Below, piece by piece: positions 28,994 through 39,600 of a DNA stretch of 64,000 nucleotides (position 1 is the stretch's first letter; each line of letters begins with the position of its first letter). The translations under genes were made by a program, and so were the position numbers. This stretch comes from an uncultured Christensenellaceae bacterium (GTDB lineage: Bacteria > Bacillota > Clostridia > Christensenellales > UBA3700): contig CAJUMY010000006.1 of NCBI GenBank assembly GCA_910587685.1, positions 13,251 through 77,250 on the forward strand, given 5' to 3'. The notes beneath the pieces are model-generated. The model was not told where the DNA came from and made no database searches. It worked only from the letters and a program-made list of their open reading frames with translations.

Positions 28994-29090
28994 TGATAAA
29001 AATCTTTTGATCAATATCTCAAAACGGTTGTCTTGCTTTTACTCATCTATACGTTTCATTATAAATACGTTCCGTTTTGAAAAATCTATC

Positions 29091-29906
29091 TTATGCGAAC
29101 ATACTGCTTATAAACTTCAAGAGCTGACTCTTAGCTTCGGCTCTAAGCGCGTCGTAATGCTCCGTAGAATTCTTATCCTTTTCCGCATCGGCAGCTATAT
29201 ACGCCGTAAGTTCGTAAGCGAAATCGTCGCCGTCCAAGATATAATACACTATTTGCGAATCTATCTTGTTCTCATAGAATACGGCGCTGATACCGTTGAT
29301 ATCTATTATTTCGCAAGCGTAATATTTCTTCGCTTCCTTGCCTTCGCTCACCAATTCGCTGTCGATACTCTCGAGCTTTTTCTTGTCGCTTTTGTTATCG
29401 CTGTCAAGTTTGTTCTTTCTATCTTCGAGAGACGCTCTTTTGACGTTCTCCGTTCCTTTGCCCGTCGCCTTTCTGAAATCGCTGCCGTAGATATAATATT
29501 CGATATCTCCGTTGTTCTTATATACGTCGCCGTAAGCGTCATTCATAGTGAGCTTAATGCTGTATCTATAAGCGTTTTCGTCGAATTTAACTTCCGTTTC
29601 TTTAAGAAGTTCGGCGTATTTGTCTGCCGAAAGCGGAGGAATGTAGAGTATTGATATCGAATTCGCCTTTGCGCTTTGCGGCGCGCCGAGCACATCGTTC
29701 TTGTATTTAGCTTCGTCATAGAACTCGTCGGAATTCTTGAGTTCTACCGTCGGATATCTAAATTCGTCGCCCATCGCCTTCTTAAGATCGTCCATATTGG
29801 TAAAGTATCTCTGATACCCTTTGTCCGAAGTACACGCCGAAAAGGCAAATACCGATACGATCACGATAAGAACAAGGAGCGCGATCCCAAATCTTTTTTT
29901 CATCAA
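29091..29906 (-). CDS. Hypothetical lipoprotein
   Basis: MMKKRFGIALLVLIVIVSVFAFSAC lipobox. The mature part is Lys/Asp/Glu/Tyr-rich with no recognised domain. Confidence 0.55.
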   Translation of the reverse strand: MMKKRFGIALLVLIVIVSVFAFSACTSDKGYQRYFTNMDDLKKAMGDEFRYPTVELKNSDEFYDEAKYKNDVLGAPQSAKANSISILYIPPLSADKYAELLKETEVKFDENAYRYSIKLTMNDAYGDVYKNNGDIEYYIYGSDFRKATGKGTENVKRASLEDRKNKLDSDNKSDKKKLESIDSELVSEGKEAKKYYACEIIDINGISAVFYENKIDSQIVYYILDGDDFAYELTAYIAADAEKDKNSTEHYDALRAEAKSQLLKFISSMFA

Positions 29907-30065
29907 TAAATTTCCTCCAATAAAAACGCCGCCGCTTATAGCTTCGGTTAAAAACAGTTTAGCATACCAAAACCGCTATGTCAACGGAATATATAAAAAT
30001 AGTAGCGTTATAAAGCAATTACTCAAGAGATTTTCTCCGTAACGATACAAAATAACTTAATACTC

Positions 30066-30851
30066 TTACAATTTCTCTATAGTTTTCCGCGGACATTTTT
30101 CAACGCATTTAAGACATCCCGTACACTTCGAATAGTCTATGACTGGCAGGTTGTTCGCCATGGTTATCGCTCCGCTCTCGCAATTTTTCGCGCAAAGTCC
30201 GCAACCTATACAGCCGACGCTGCAAGCGTCCAAAACTCCCTTTCCTTTATCGCAGCTCGAACATTTCACGACTACCTTCGCGCTCTTAGGTATCCTCTTT
30301 ATGATCTTCTTCGGACACTTATCGACGCACACTCCGCAACCTACGCACTTAGCGTAATCTATATCGGCGTATCCTTTCTCCTTGTCTACCTTTATAGCGC
30401 CCTCTTTGCATACCGACGCGCAGCTGCCGAATCCGAGACACCCGAAAGAGCAGTTCTTACAGCCTTTAGCTACTCCGTCGTTATATTCGCAAGTCTCGTA
30501 ACCCCTATATATGTACTTATCTTTTGCGTTGATACCGCCTTTGCACGCAACGATTACGACAGTCTCTTCGCCGCTGTTTTCGACGCCGAGTATCTCGGCT
30601 ATCTTGTCCTTATTGTCCTTTGAAGTGGCGTTACAGTCGCTGAGATTTGCCTTTCCCTCGCAGAGCGCTTTAGCAAACGCGGAACAGCCTGCAAAGCCGC
30701 ATCCGCCGCAATTCGCTCCGGCAAGGAGTCCTTCGGTCTTTTCGACTTTCTCGTCTTTTTTTACCTGAAGTTTCTTCCCGAGCACGGTAATAAGCACGCC
30801 GAATATCAAAGCTATCAAAAAAAGTATGAGCGCTGGATAAACGTATTTCAT
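30066..30851 (-). CDS. rnfB: Rnf complex subunit B (polyferredoxin)
   Basis: N-terminal TM helix, CGGCGFAGCSAFA, then several CxxCxxCxxxCP 4Fe-4S motifs. Confidence 0.9.
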   Translation of the reverse strand: MKYVYPALILFLIALIFGVLITVLGKKLQVKKDEKVEKTEGLLAGANCGGCGFAGCSAFAKALCEGKANLSDCNATSKDNKDKIAEILGVENSGEETVVIVACKGGINAKDKYIYRGYETCEYNDGVAKGCKNCSFGCLGFGSCASVCKEGAIKVDKEKGYADIDYAKCVGCGVCVDKCPKKIIKRIPKSAKVVVKCSSCDKGKGVLDACSVGCIGCGLCAKNCESGAITMANNLPVIDYSKCTGCLKCVEKCPRKTIEKL

Positions 30852-30863
30852 ATATTCTTCCTC

Positions 30864-31445
30864 CTAAAATACCATACCGGAAAACGCCACGAACGACATA
30901 CTCATTATCGACGCGGTGATAAGCGTTATCGGGAAACCTCTAAACGGCTTCGGAATATCGTTATGCGCGAGTTTTTCCCTGATACCCGCAAGCAGAACTA
31001 TCGCGAGCGTAAAGCCTACTCCCGAAAACGCGCCGTTTAGAAACGCCTGCCACATAGCCGTGTATTCGACGTTCATGAGCGCTACGCCGAGAACGGCGCA
31101 ATTCGTAGTTATAAGCGGCAGATATACGCCGAGAGCGCTGTAGAGCGACGGCGAAAACTTCTTGATTATCATCTCTACTATCTGAACGAGAGACGCGATG
31201 ATCAATATGAACGCTATGGTCCTAATGTATTCTATGCCCAGCTTTACGAGCACCCACTCGTTGATCGCGTAGGTGAACACTGACGCTATCGCCATAACGA
31301 ATATAACCGCTATTCCCATTCCGAGAGCCGTGTCGGTCTTTTTAGATACGCCGAGGAACGGGCATATTCCGAGGAACTGTACCAATATGAAGTTATTTGC
31401 GAACACCGCGGCAAATATTATCATCAAAGCGCTTGTCGAACTCAT
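30864..31445 (-). CDS. rnfA: Rnf complex subunit A
   Basis: 193-aa polytopic protein with NNFILVQFLGICPFLGVS and the sequence typical of RnfA/NqrE. Confidence 0.9.
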   Translation of the reverse strand: MSSTSALMIIFAAVFANNFILVQFLGICPFLGVSKKTDTALGMGIAVIFVMAIASVFTYAINEWVLVKLGIEYIRTIAFILIIASLVQIVEMIIKKFSPSLYSALGVYLPLITTNCAVLGVALMNVEYTAMWQAFLNGAFSGVGFTLAIVLLAGIREKLAHNDIPKPFRGFPITLITASIMSMSFVAFSGMVF

Positions 31446-32149
31446 AGCGATACCTCCTCTGCTTTGCGATCGACGTTCTCTATCTCTTCCGTCGTCACGA
31501 TTTCCGCGGCGAGAGACGCTGTCTTTGCCTTTTTCTTGTCCTCATTCTTCGCCGTTATATAATTGATGAGAGCCATAACGAGCCCGAAAGTCAAGAAACC
31601 GCCTGCCGGCAATATGAATACTATCATCGAAAAGTCGCTGAGGAACGGTATCTTGAAGCCGAATACCGAACCCGCTCCGAAAAACTCTCTTATCATTCCG
31701 AGCACCGTAAGCGAAAGAGTAAAACCGAGTCCCATCCCGAGGCCGTCGAGCGCCGAAAGTCCGACGCTGTTCTTCGACGCGAACGCTTCCGCTCTGCCGA
31801 GTATTATACAGTTGACGACGATGAGAGGTATGAACAGTCCCAGCGACTCGTATAACGACGGCACGAACTTTGCAAGAACCATATCGACTATGGTAACGAA
31901 AGTCGCTATTATCGTGATATAAGCGGGAATACGTATCTTATCGGGTATTACCTTTCTAAGCAGAGATATGAGAACATTCGAACATATAAGAACGAACGTT
32001 GCGGCAAGTCCCATTCCTATGCCGTTGACGGCGCTGGTCGTGACTGCCATTGTCGGACAAGTTCCCAAAACCAATCTGAATACGGGATTTTCGGTAATAA
32101 TACCGTTGAGAAAGACCTGTCTTGATCTTAACATTCCGTTTTTATTCAT
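31442..32149 (-). CDS. rnfE: Rnf complex subunit E
   Basis: NGIITENPVFRLVLGTCPTMAVTT signature of RnfE/NqrD. 4-nt overlap with rnfA. Confidence 0.9.
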   Translation of the reverse strand: MNKNGMLRSRQVFLNGIITENPVFRLVLGTCPTMAVTTSAVNGIGMGLAATFVLICSNVLISLLRKVIPDKIRIPAYITIIATFVTIVDMVLAKFVPSLYESLGLFIPLIVVNCIILGRAEAFASKNSVGLSALDGLGMGLGFTLSLTVLGMIREFFGAGSVFGFKIPFLSDFSMIVFILPAGGFLTFGLVMALINYITAKNEDKKKAKTASLAAEIVTTEEIENVDRKAEEVSL

Positions 32150-32756
32150 TAGTCTGCCCCCCTGCTTTAAGAATAGCGTCTATATTATCCTTATAATACT
32201 TTACAGCGGCGTTCACCGCGTTGACGAGAGCCGTCGACGTCTTAGTCGCGCCTGAAACGGCGTCGATAGTTCCGCCGTTCTTCGCGAGTTCGAACCCGTC
32301 TATATCCTTTATATCGCCCTTGTATTTATCTAGATACTCCACTTCAAAAGCCTTAGAGCCAAGTCCTGGGGTCTCGTTGGAGACGTATTTCGCAACGCTC
32401 TTTATATTATAGTCCTCGATAATGACCATTATTTCCACAGTACCTTTATACGCGCCCTTTCCCGAAGCGTGCAAAATGACGTTCCGAGTGCCGTCCTTAG
32501 GCATATACGCGCCGAGCACGCTGCCGCTCGCGTCAGCGCCCGAAATAGAACTGCCGTCCATAAGATTGGAAGTAAAGCCTTTGTCGGTAGTATATACGCT
32601 CGCAAGTTTAGCGCTGAGTTTCTCCGCTTCGTCTATATGCGTGAATTTATTCACTGCCGCGAGAAGACCGCCTGCGATAACAGCTATAAGGACCAATACC
32701 AGCGTCGTCAAAATAACGTCTTTAAGAAGCGACTTTTCTTTTTTCTCTTTTTCCAT
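32142..32756 (-). CDS. rnfG: Rnf complex subunit G (FMN-binding)
   Basis: N-terminal TM anchor and the FMN attachment motif DAVSGATKTS. Confidence 0.85.
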   Translation of the reverse strand: MEKEKKEKSLLKDVILTTLVLVLIAVIAGGLLAAVNKFTHIDEAEKLSAKLASVYTTDKGFTSNLMDGSSISGADASGSVLGAYMPKDGTRNVILHASGKGAYKGTVEIMVIIEDYNIKSVAKYVSNETPGLGSKAFEVEYLDKYKGDIKDIDGFELAKNGGTIDAVSGATKTSTALVNAVNAAVKYYKDNIDAILKAGGQTNE

Positions 32757-33805
32757 TATTTCGTCTCCTCCTTAATTTTCTTCGGCTTCCTCTCTCGCTT
32801 TTTCGGAACGTATCCGAAAGGTCTCCTTATTATGAATTTATCTATCAGAGGCACGAGAATATTCATGATGAGTATTGCAAACGAAACGCCTTCGTCCATA
32901 CTTCCGTAAATTCTGAAAAGCGTCGTCAAAAGTCCGAGCCCCAAAGCGTACACTACGACGCCTATAGGAGTATTCGGACTCGTAGCGTAGTCTGTCGCCA
33001 TAAAGAACGCGCCGAAGATGAGACCGCCGCCGAGAAGAGACGGAAGAACGTAGTCTATATTGCCCTTGAACGCCAGCGTGAAAAGAGCGACGCTTCCTAT
33101 ATAGATAGCGGGTATCTTCCAATCTATTACTTTCCTGACAACGAGATAAGCGCCGCCGATAAGAAGCGCAAGAGCGCTGACTTCGCCCATCGAACCGCCT
33201 ATCCTTCCGAGGAACATATCGGTGAGATCTATATGTTCGAATGCTCCCGCCTTTATGTAGGAGAGCGGCGTAGCTCCCGTTACGACGTCCATTCCGTTGG
33301 TCGTAAACGCGAACTTAAAATATGAGAACATCTCTGAAAAACCTTTAGATAGATCTATCGGCTTTACGAATTTCGTCATGATCCCCGTCCAAGCGAGCAT
33401 AAGAAAAATTCTCGCCGTTATCGCGGGATTCGCAAAATTCCTTCCCAAACCGCCGAACAGCATCTTTACTATCATCATCGCGAAAAATCCGCCGAAGATC
33501 GGCACGTAAAACGGCACCGCAGGCGGAAGATTGAGAGCAAGTATTACTCCCGACACCACCGCAGAGCAGTCGCCGACCGTCGTCTCTTCTTTCTTTATCT
33601 TATTGAATAGAAATTCCGCAAGTACGCACGAACCGACGGATAACGCTATCAAAAACAGCGAATAAAATCCGTAAAGAAGAACTGCCGCTATCATCGCCGG
33701 TATCAAAGCGATAACGACGTCGAGCATTATACGGCGCGTGGAATTACCCGACGTAATATGCGGAGACGAAGATACCGAAAACTTAATATTGTCGGACATT
33801 ATCAT
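32756..33805 (-). CDS. rnfD: Rnf complex subunit D
   Basis: SSSPHI...TRRIM motif, a polytopic protein, and the FMN site VVTGATPLS. Start placed at the ATG at 33805, which overlaps the rnfC stop as ATGA and follows a GGGGG SD. Confidence 0.9.
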   Translation of the reverse strand: MIMSDNIKFSVSSSPHITSGNSTRRIMLDVVIALIPAMIAAVLLYGFYSLFLIALSVGSCVLAEFLFNKIKKEETTVGDCSAVVSGVILALNLPPAVPFYVPIFGGFFAMMIVKMLFGGLGRNFANPAITARIFLMLAWTGIMTKFVKPIDLSKGFSEMFSYFKFAFTTNGMDVVTGATPLSYIKAGAFEHIDLTDMFLGRIGGSMGEVSALALLIGGAYLVVRKVIDWKIPAIYIGSVALFTLAFKGNIDYVLPSLLGGGLIFGAFFMATDYATSPNTPIGVVVYALGLGLLTTLFRIYGSMDEGVSFAILIMNILVPLIDKFIIRRPFGYVPKKRERKPKKIKEETK

Positions 33806-35103
33806 TTTACCCCCTTCTCTCTGGCAAGTTTTTTTGCGAGTCTGCAGCTCGTAACGAGCGGTCTTTTCGCAGGACAAACGTACGCGCAGCTACCGCACTC
33901 TATGCAGTTGTTCGCTCCGTATTTTACCGCTCCTTTTATATCGCCTATATCCACGCTTCTTTCAACGTACATCGGCATTACTCCCATAGGACACGCTCCT
34001 ACGCAACGCGCGCAGTTGATACAGGCGGTTATCTTCTCCGTCTTAACGTCCTCTTTGGTAGCGAAGAGTATCGACGACGTTCCTTTTGTCGTAGACGCGT
34101 CGAGAGACGATACGGCAAAGCCCATCATCGGTCCTCCGCTGATGACTTTGATGAGATCCTCTTCTTTTTTATTTCCTTTTGTATGTTCGAAAATTTCACG
34201 GTACGAAACGCCGTTCCTAACTAAAAAATTACCGCCGTTCTCAACGCCGTGACCGCTGACGGTCATAGCTCTCATATAGAGCGGTTCGCCGAGTCTTACG
34301 GCTCTAAATACAGAATACGCGGTATGTACGTTGTCGACGACTACGCCTACGTCCATAGGCAAGCCGCCCGCGGGCACCTTCCTTTTCGTAACGGCGTAAA
34401 TGAGCTGTTTTTCCGCGCCTTGCGGATACTTCGGTCTGAGCGGAACTATCTCTATACCCCTCTCTTTTGCGATATTTGAAAGATACTCGATAGCGTCCTT
34501 CTTATTGGTCTCGATACCGATAAATGCCCTTTCTACGCCAAGCGCAGTCTTCAAAATAGCGACGCCCTCGACGAATTCTTCGCCTCGCTCGAGCATTATC
34601 CTATGATCGCACGTTATGTAAGGTTCGCATTCCGCGCCGTTGATGATGAGCGTATCGACGGGCTTTGACGGCGATAACTTGACGTGCGTCGGGAAAGTAG
34701 CTCCGCCCATGCCTACGATACCGGCAAGGCGTATTCTCGCCACTATCTCCTCTTTAGACGCGTCTTTGTCAAGCGGCTCGAAATTGACGGCGTCGTACTT
34801 CCCGTCGTTCTCTATAACGACGTGCATGACGCTGTTTCCCTGCGCGTTGACTATGCTCTCGAACTTCTTTACCGTTCCCGATACCGACGAATATATATTC
34901 GCCGATACGAATCCCTTAGCTTCCGCAAGAAGCGAGCCTGCAAGAACTGCGTCTCCTATATTGACCTTTATCTCGGCAGGAGCTCCGATATGCTGAGATA
35001 TCGGGATACGCACTATGCGCGGCGTGGGAAAAATAGTAAGAGACGAGTCCGACGTCAACTTGTTCGACGAAGGATGGATTCCTCTTCTAAAAGTTTTTAT
35101 CAC
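33802..35103 (-). CDS. rnfC: Rnf complex subunit C
   Basis: FRRGIHP N-terminus, the NADH/FMN site GMGGATFPTH, and two 4Fe-4S motifs CINCARCVGACP and CIECGSCAYVCP. Start moved to the GTG at 35103 (GGAGG plus a 6-nt spacer). Confidence 0.9.
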   Translation of the reverse strand: MIKTFRRGIHPSSNKLTSDSSLTIFPTPRIVRIPISQHIGAPAEIKVNIGDAVLAGSLLAEAKGFVSANIYSSVSGTVKKFESIVNAQGNSVMHVVIENDGKYDAVNFEPLDKDASKEEIVARIRLAGIVGMGGATFPTHVKLSPSKPVDTLIINGAECEPYITCDHRIMLERGEEFVEGVAILKTALGVERAFIGIETNKKDAIEYLSNIAKERGIEIVPLRPKYPQGAEKQLIYAVTKRKVPAGGLPMDVGVVVDNVHTAYSVFRAVRLGEPLYMRAMTVSGHGVENGGNFLVRNGVSYREIFEHTKGNKKEEDLIKVISGGPMMGFAVSSLDASTTKGTSSILFATKEDVKTEKITACINCARCVGACPMGVMPMYVERSVDIGDIKGAVKYGANNCIECGSCAYVCPAKRPLVTSCRLAKKLAREKGVK

Positions 35104-35407
35104 GATTTTCCTCCAAAATACCAACTAGGGTATAATATCCACATATTACATTTATTTTATCATTATTAACAGCGAAGAGCAAGCGAAAAGAAAAATTTGC
35201 TTACGTTATTTATTTAACAACATTATCCATTGAAAAAATCGAAAATATGACACTAGACTAATAGTTAAATCGTCGCTTTATTCCGAAATTCAGCTATCTA
35301 TTTTAAGTTGATACCGTGATTTTATAGGTTGGCGAAAATAGTCGACGCTTCCGAAACTCGTTTGAAATGATATGTAAAATATGCAAAGACATAGAAAAAT
35401 CATATTT

Positions 35408-35824
35408 TCATCGCCCGTCTTTCGTAACGTTCAATTCGGTAAGCGTTTTCGGACGCCTTTTATTCTTTATAGTCTTAACGACGCTCGAGGTAAAAAAGGT
35501 TATCCCGAGAACTATCAGGAATACTCCGAACGCTTTTTTTAATAAAACGGTATCTATATACCTTACAGCTATAGAGCTGAGCGCGGTCGTAAATAACGCA
35601 GGCAAGCATACATACAATATGCTTTTTTTGTCGACTAGTTTATTTTTGACGTGTATTACGAGCGTGACCGCCGCCATAGGGATGAACGATACCAGATTGA
35701 TCGCCTGCGCCGTCTTTTGCGGAATATCGAGCATTATCGTAAGTATCGGTATGAGCAGCGTTCCGCCGCCCATTCCCATACCGCCTATTATTCCTCCTAC
35801 TATTCCCGCTATCACGTACAGCAT
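35408..35824 (-). CDS. Half-size TauE/SafE-family (DUF81) membrane protein, downstream copy
   Basis: 138 aa, about 4 TM, with the Gly-rich signature GGIIGGMGMGGGTLLIPIL. GGAG lies 8 nt upstream of the ATG. Confidence 0.65.
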   Translation of the reverse strand: MLYVIAGIVGGIIGGMGMGGGTLLIPILTIMLDIPQKTAQAINLVSFIPMAAVTLVIHVKNKLVDKKSILYVCLPALFTTALSSIAVRYIDTVLLKKAFGVFLIVLGITFFTSSVVKTIKNKRRPKTLTELNVTKDGR

Positions 35825-36010
35825 ATCAATATCTCCGTAAATATAATTATATGTATTTTATGCTATATATCCGAAGAGATATAACTTTTGTCCGATACGG
35901 GAACGCGTCAAAACGTTTTTATCTTCCCAAGACCCGCAAGTCTTTTCGACCGCATAGAAATACCGAAACAACGATGACCGTTCCGTTTTTAGCGATGTGC
36001 CGTACGGCGC

Positions 36011-36427
36011 TCATATCAGCATCTTGACTCCCGCCGCGATCATTATGCCGTAGAACGCAAGGGATAGCAGTCCGTTCGATATCTTTTTGAGCAGAACGGC
36101 TCCGATCACTCCGCCTATTATCACGCCGGCAGTCACGTTGAGCCCTATTCCGAAGTCGAAACTTCCTCCTGCGATATAAACTATGGCGCTTACGACGGAA
36201 AGCGGCAGTATCGTGGCTATCGCCGTCGCGTGCGCTTTCTTTTCGTCAAGACCTGCAAGAGACGTAAATGCAGGAACGACGACCATTCCTCCTCCGCCCC
36301 CGAACAGACCGTTGAAAATACCCACGAAAAATCCCGATATAGCAAGCAGGATATCATACGCTCTTTTCTTTTTGTTTTTCTTTTCGATGCTTTCGCCCGT
36401 CAAAGCCCCTTTAGTATTGTCAGACAT
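36011..36427 (-). CDS. Half-size TauE/SafE-family (DUF81) membrane protein, upstream copy
   Basis: 138 aa counted from the ATG at 36427 (GGGGGAG plus an 8-nt spacer). Signature GIFNGLFGGGGGMVVVPAF, 4-5 TM. Confidence 0.65.
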   Translation of the reverse strand: MSDNTKGALTGESIEKKNKKKRAYDILLAISGFFVGIFNGLFGGGGGMVVVPAFTSLAGLDEKKAHATAIATILPLSVVSAIVYIAGGSFDFGIGLNVTAGVIIGGVIGAVLLKKISNGLLSLAFYGIMIAAGVKMLI

Positions 36428-36622
36428 CGCTTTCGCTCCCCCGCTATTTATTCGACCGCCGTCCTTTATATTGTTTGTGAAAAAATCGAGAAATATCATC
36501 GAATAATATTATTTTTCGCACTTTTTTTATTGATTTATTTTTTAAGCTATATTATAATGGTTAAGATTTATATTATTATATAAACAAAATAAAAATATCA
36601 ATATTAGGTAAAAGGTGGTAAA

Positions 36623-39600
36623 ATGAACAGAAAGAAACGTTTCTTACTGACTATCCTTGTTCTCGTACTCGCAGTTTCCATACTCGCAACTTTTGTTTCA
36701 TGCAAAAGAGAGACCGGACCTGCCGGCGGCAATACCGACGAGGACGTTATCATTACCAACGGCAGCTTCGCAAGCGTAAACAGCGAGACCTTCCCCAAGG
36801 TTCCGTCGGGTTGGACAGCTTCGGCAGGCTCCACGAGCTCTTCTTCGGCTTCGGCTACTCCCTCAACTCAGGGTGAAGATCTCATTTCGGGCGTCATCGA
36901 CACCAAGGCGAACGTATTTAGAAACAACGCTTCGAAGTGGAAAGTCAACAGACAGAAGAATCCGTTCACGCCGAACAACGACGACGCTACGGATACCAAC
37001 GTTCTTATGATCAACAACCTTGTAAGCACCGCTTATAAGTACACTTCTTCGAACGTAACGCTCGTCAAGAACTCGTATTACAAGATAACCGTAGACGTCA
37101 GAACCGAAGACGACGCTCTCGCGTTCATATACGTGCTCGGCGACGCGTTCGCGGAATTCACGAATATTTCGACGAACAGCCAGTGGACAACCTACGAGAT
37201 ATACGTCGAGACGGCAAAGACCGCAAATAAGAGCATTCAGGTCGTCGTTTCGAACGGCTGGGGAGCTAAAGACACCGGCACGATGTCCAAAGGCGTCGTT
37301 TACTTCGATAACGTAAAGGTTGAAAAACTCGTCGATAAAGACAATGAGGACGATAACTCCTACGGCAAGGGCATATATAACGAGAAGGTCGCTATCGACA
37401 ATAACGGCGACAGACTCGCTACCTATTCCATGCTCATACCTGACGGCGAATTCAACTATACGTCGGGTTCGACGATGCCGTATACTCCGTCCAAGTTCAG
37501 AGGCTACGCAGGCACTAGCAGCGACGGAAGCAACAGCGCTCCTACGGGAAGCAATTACGTAGTTTCCGGAGTTCTCGACACAACAAGACAGTATGACGAG
37601 CTCTCCGATATAGTTCCCTGTCCGAACACTCTCGGTAATAAGATGCTCTTTATCAACAATAAAGACTATACCGCTTACGGTTATAAGTCTTCAGTTTCCA
37701 TGCTCATCGAGGCGGGTAAAGAGTATACGTTCAGCGTATGGCTCAGAACCGTCGACGTTACCGGATACGGCAGCGACAATAACGGCGCCGTTCTCAAACT
37801 TACCAAAAGCACGAGCGATGAAAATCCATTCGAGATAAAGAACATCAACACCAACGGCGAATGGAAAGAATTCACTTTTGATATCAAAGCCAACCAGCTC
37901 GCAGATACTGAAGTATACGTTGAGCTTTGGCTCGGAGAAGGCGGCAGTAACGCTAAAGACCAAAGCTGGGCAAAAGGAACGGTATTCATGGATAAGCTCT
38001 CTCTTAAGGAGACCTCTTCCACGCCTGCTCCTCTTTCCGAAGACGGCAACAAGGCTACCGCCGACTATAGAGATTCGTTAGATTCCGAAAAGAATTTGCT
38101 CAAGTACGGTTATTTTATGGAAGGCAATACTTGGGGCGAACTCGCCTTCGACGAGGATAATTACAACTTCAAGAACAGCGGTAAAGCTGGTCACAACGTA
38201 GTCAAGAACAGCTCCGACAACGACGTGCCTCTCCCCGCATATAATCTCGGCATCAAGACAGCTACGGGAGAAACTCTCCTCGATAACGCTCTCAAGATGA
38301 GCATAACGTCTGCTACCGCTTACGGTATCAAGATCGACAATGCCGGAAAGAACTTCAACATCGTCGAGAACGGTTATTACAAACTGTCGATGTGGGTCAA
38401 GACAGACCTCGATGAAAAATACGACTCTAAGGGACTTAACGTCAAGCTCAAGAAAGTTGCGAAGCCTATCTCGAGCGAAGAGCCCGTCGACACCGAAGTC
38501 GCTTCTTTCACTAACATCAATACGAGAGAGCTCGAGACCAATAACGGTTACGTTCAGCTGATATTCTATATCGAAGGCAACACTCTCGCTTCCGAAGAAC
38601 TCTATCTTGAAATAATGCTCGGAAGCGGTTCGAGATTCACTCCGCAAAGCCACGTCGTAGGCGACGCTTATATAACGCTCATAGCAATGGAAGGAATAAC
38701 CTATAAGGATTATTCTTCCGCGAATACTTCTTCGTATATCAAGAAGAATTCGCTCACCACGTCGTCTTCTTCGTCCGAGAGCGTATCGAACGGTAACTTC
38801 TCAACGACCGACGTCAACACCACCTTTGAAAACTATAAGAGCCACCAGGGCACCGACGAAGGTTTCGAGGACAACGAGATACAGAACGTGGACGGAAAGT
38901 TCATACTTCCTACCGCGCCGAGCAACTGGACTATCTCCAACAAGTCGTATCTCGAGGCTCTTAATACCGGTATCGTCGCTAACGAAACTCAGTACAACAG
39001 TATCGAGAATAAGTTTAACGGAATGACTTACGACGAATTCGCTAACGGAATAGACGGCGGAGCGCTCGTAATTTCAACTAAAAACAGAAAGGGCAGCAAC
39101 GGTTTCCTTACCGTAGCTACCACTCCCGCAACTTGCGGATGTACCTGCGAAAAATGTATCGAAAACGGTTCCTGCGACAGCAAGAGCTGCGACGACGACT
39201 GTAACTGTCTGCACAAATCTTCCGCAGACGGCATACTCCCCGTAGGATATACCTCTCAGTCGATATCGTTGAGCGCAAGCTCGTACTATATCATCGGCGT
39301 TAAGGTATTCGCCGCAGAAGGTTCTATAGCTTACGTCAACCTCACCAATTCGAGCGACACCAAGACTATAAAGGTCAACGGAGACAACGCGAGAGGTTGG
39401 ACAAAAGTATATTTCTACGTTGAGACGGGTCTGTCTTCGACGAGCGCAAAACTCGAGCTCTATCTCGGAGATAAGACGGGCGACAGCGAGAACAAAGAGA
39501 GGATCACCGGTACGGTCGCATTCGATAACGCTTTCTACTATCAAATAGACGAAGAAGCGTACGACAACGAGATAGCAGAGCTTTCCGACTACAAAGCTAC

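Noticed and set aside
28370-29654. ORFs at 28370-28705 (minus strand, 111 aa) and 28986-29654 (plus strand, 222 aa).
   Set aside because: The first overlaps the 5' end of ppx in another frame and extends into AT-rich spacer. The second is antisense to the lipoprotein gene and crosses its terminator. Neither has a motif or an RBS.
35825-36010. Treating the two TauE halves as one frameshifted pseudogene.
   Set aside because: This is not adopted as the primary call. There is no frameshift (the ORFs share a frame and are separated by two stops). Each half has its own SD and ATG and a complete repeat unit of identical length. The pseudogene or split-gene alternative is kept open in the findings.
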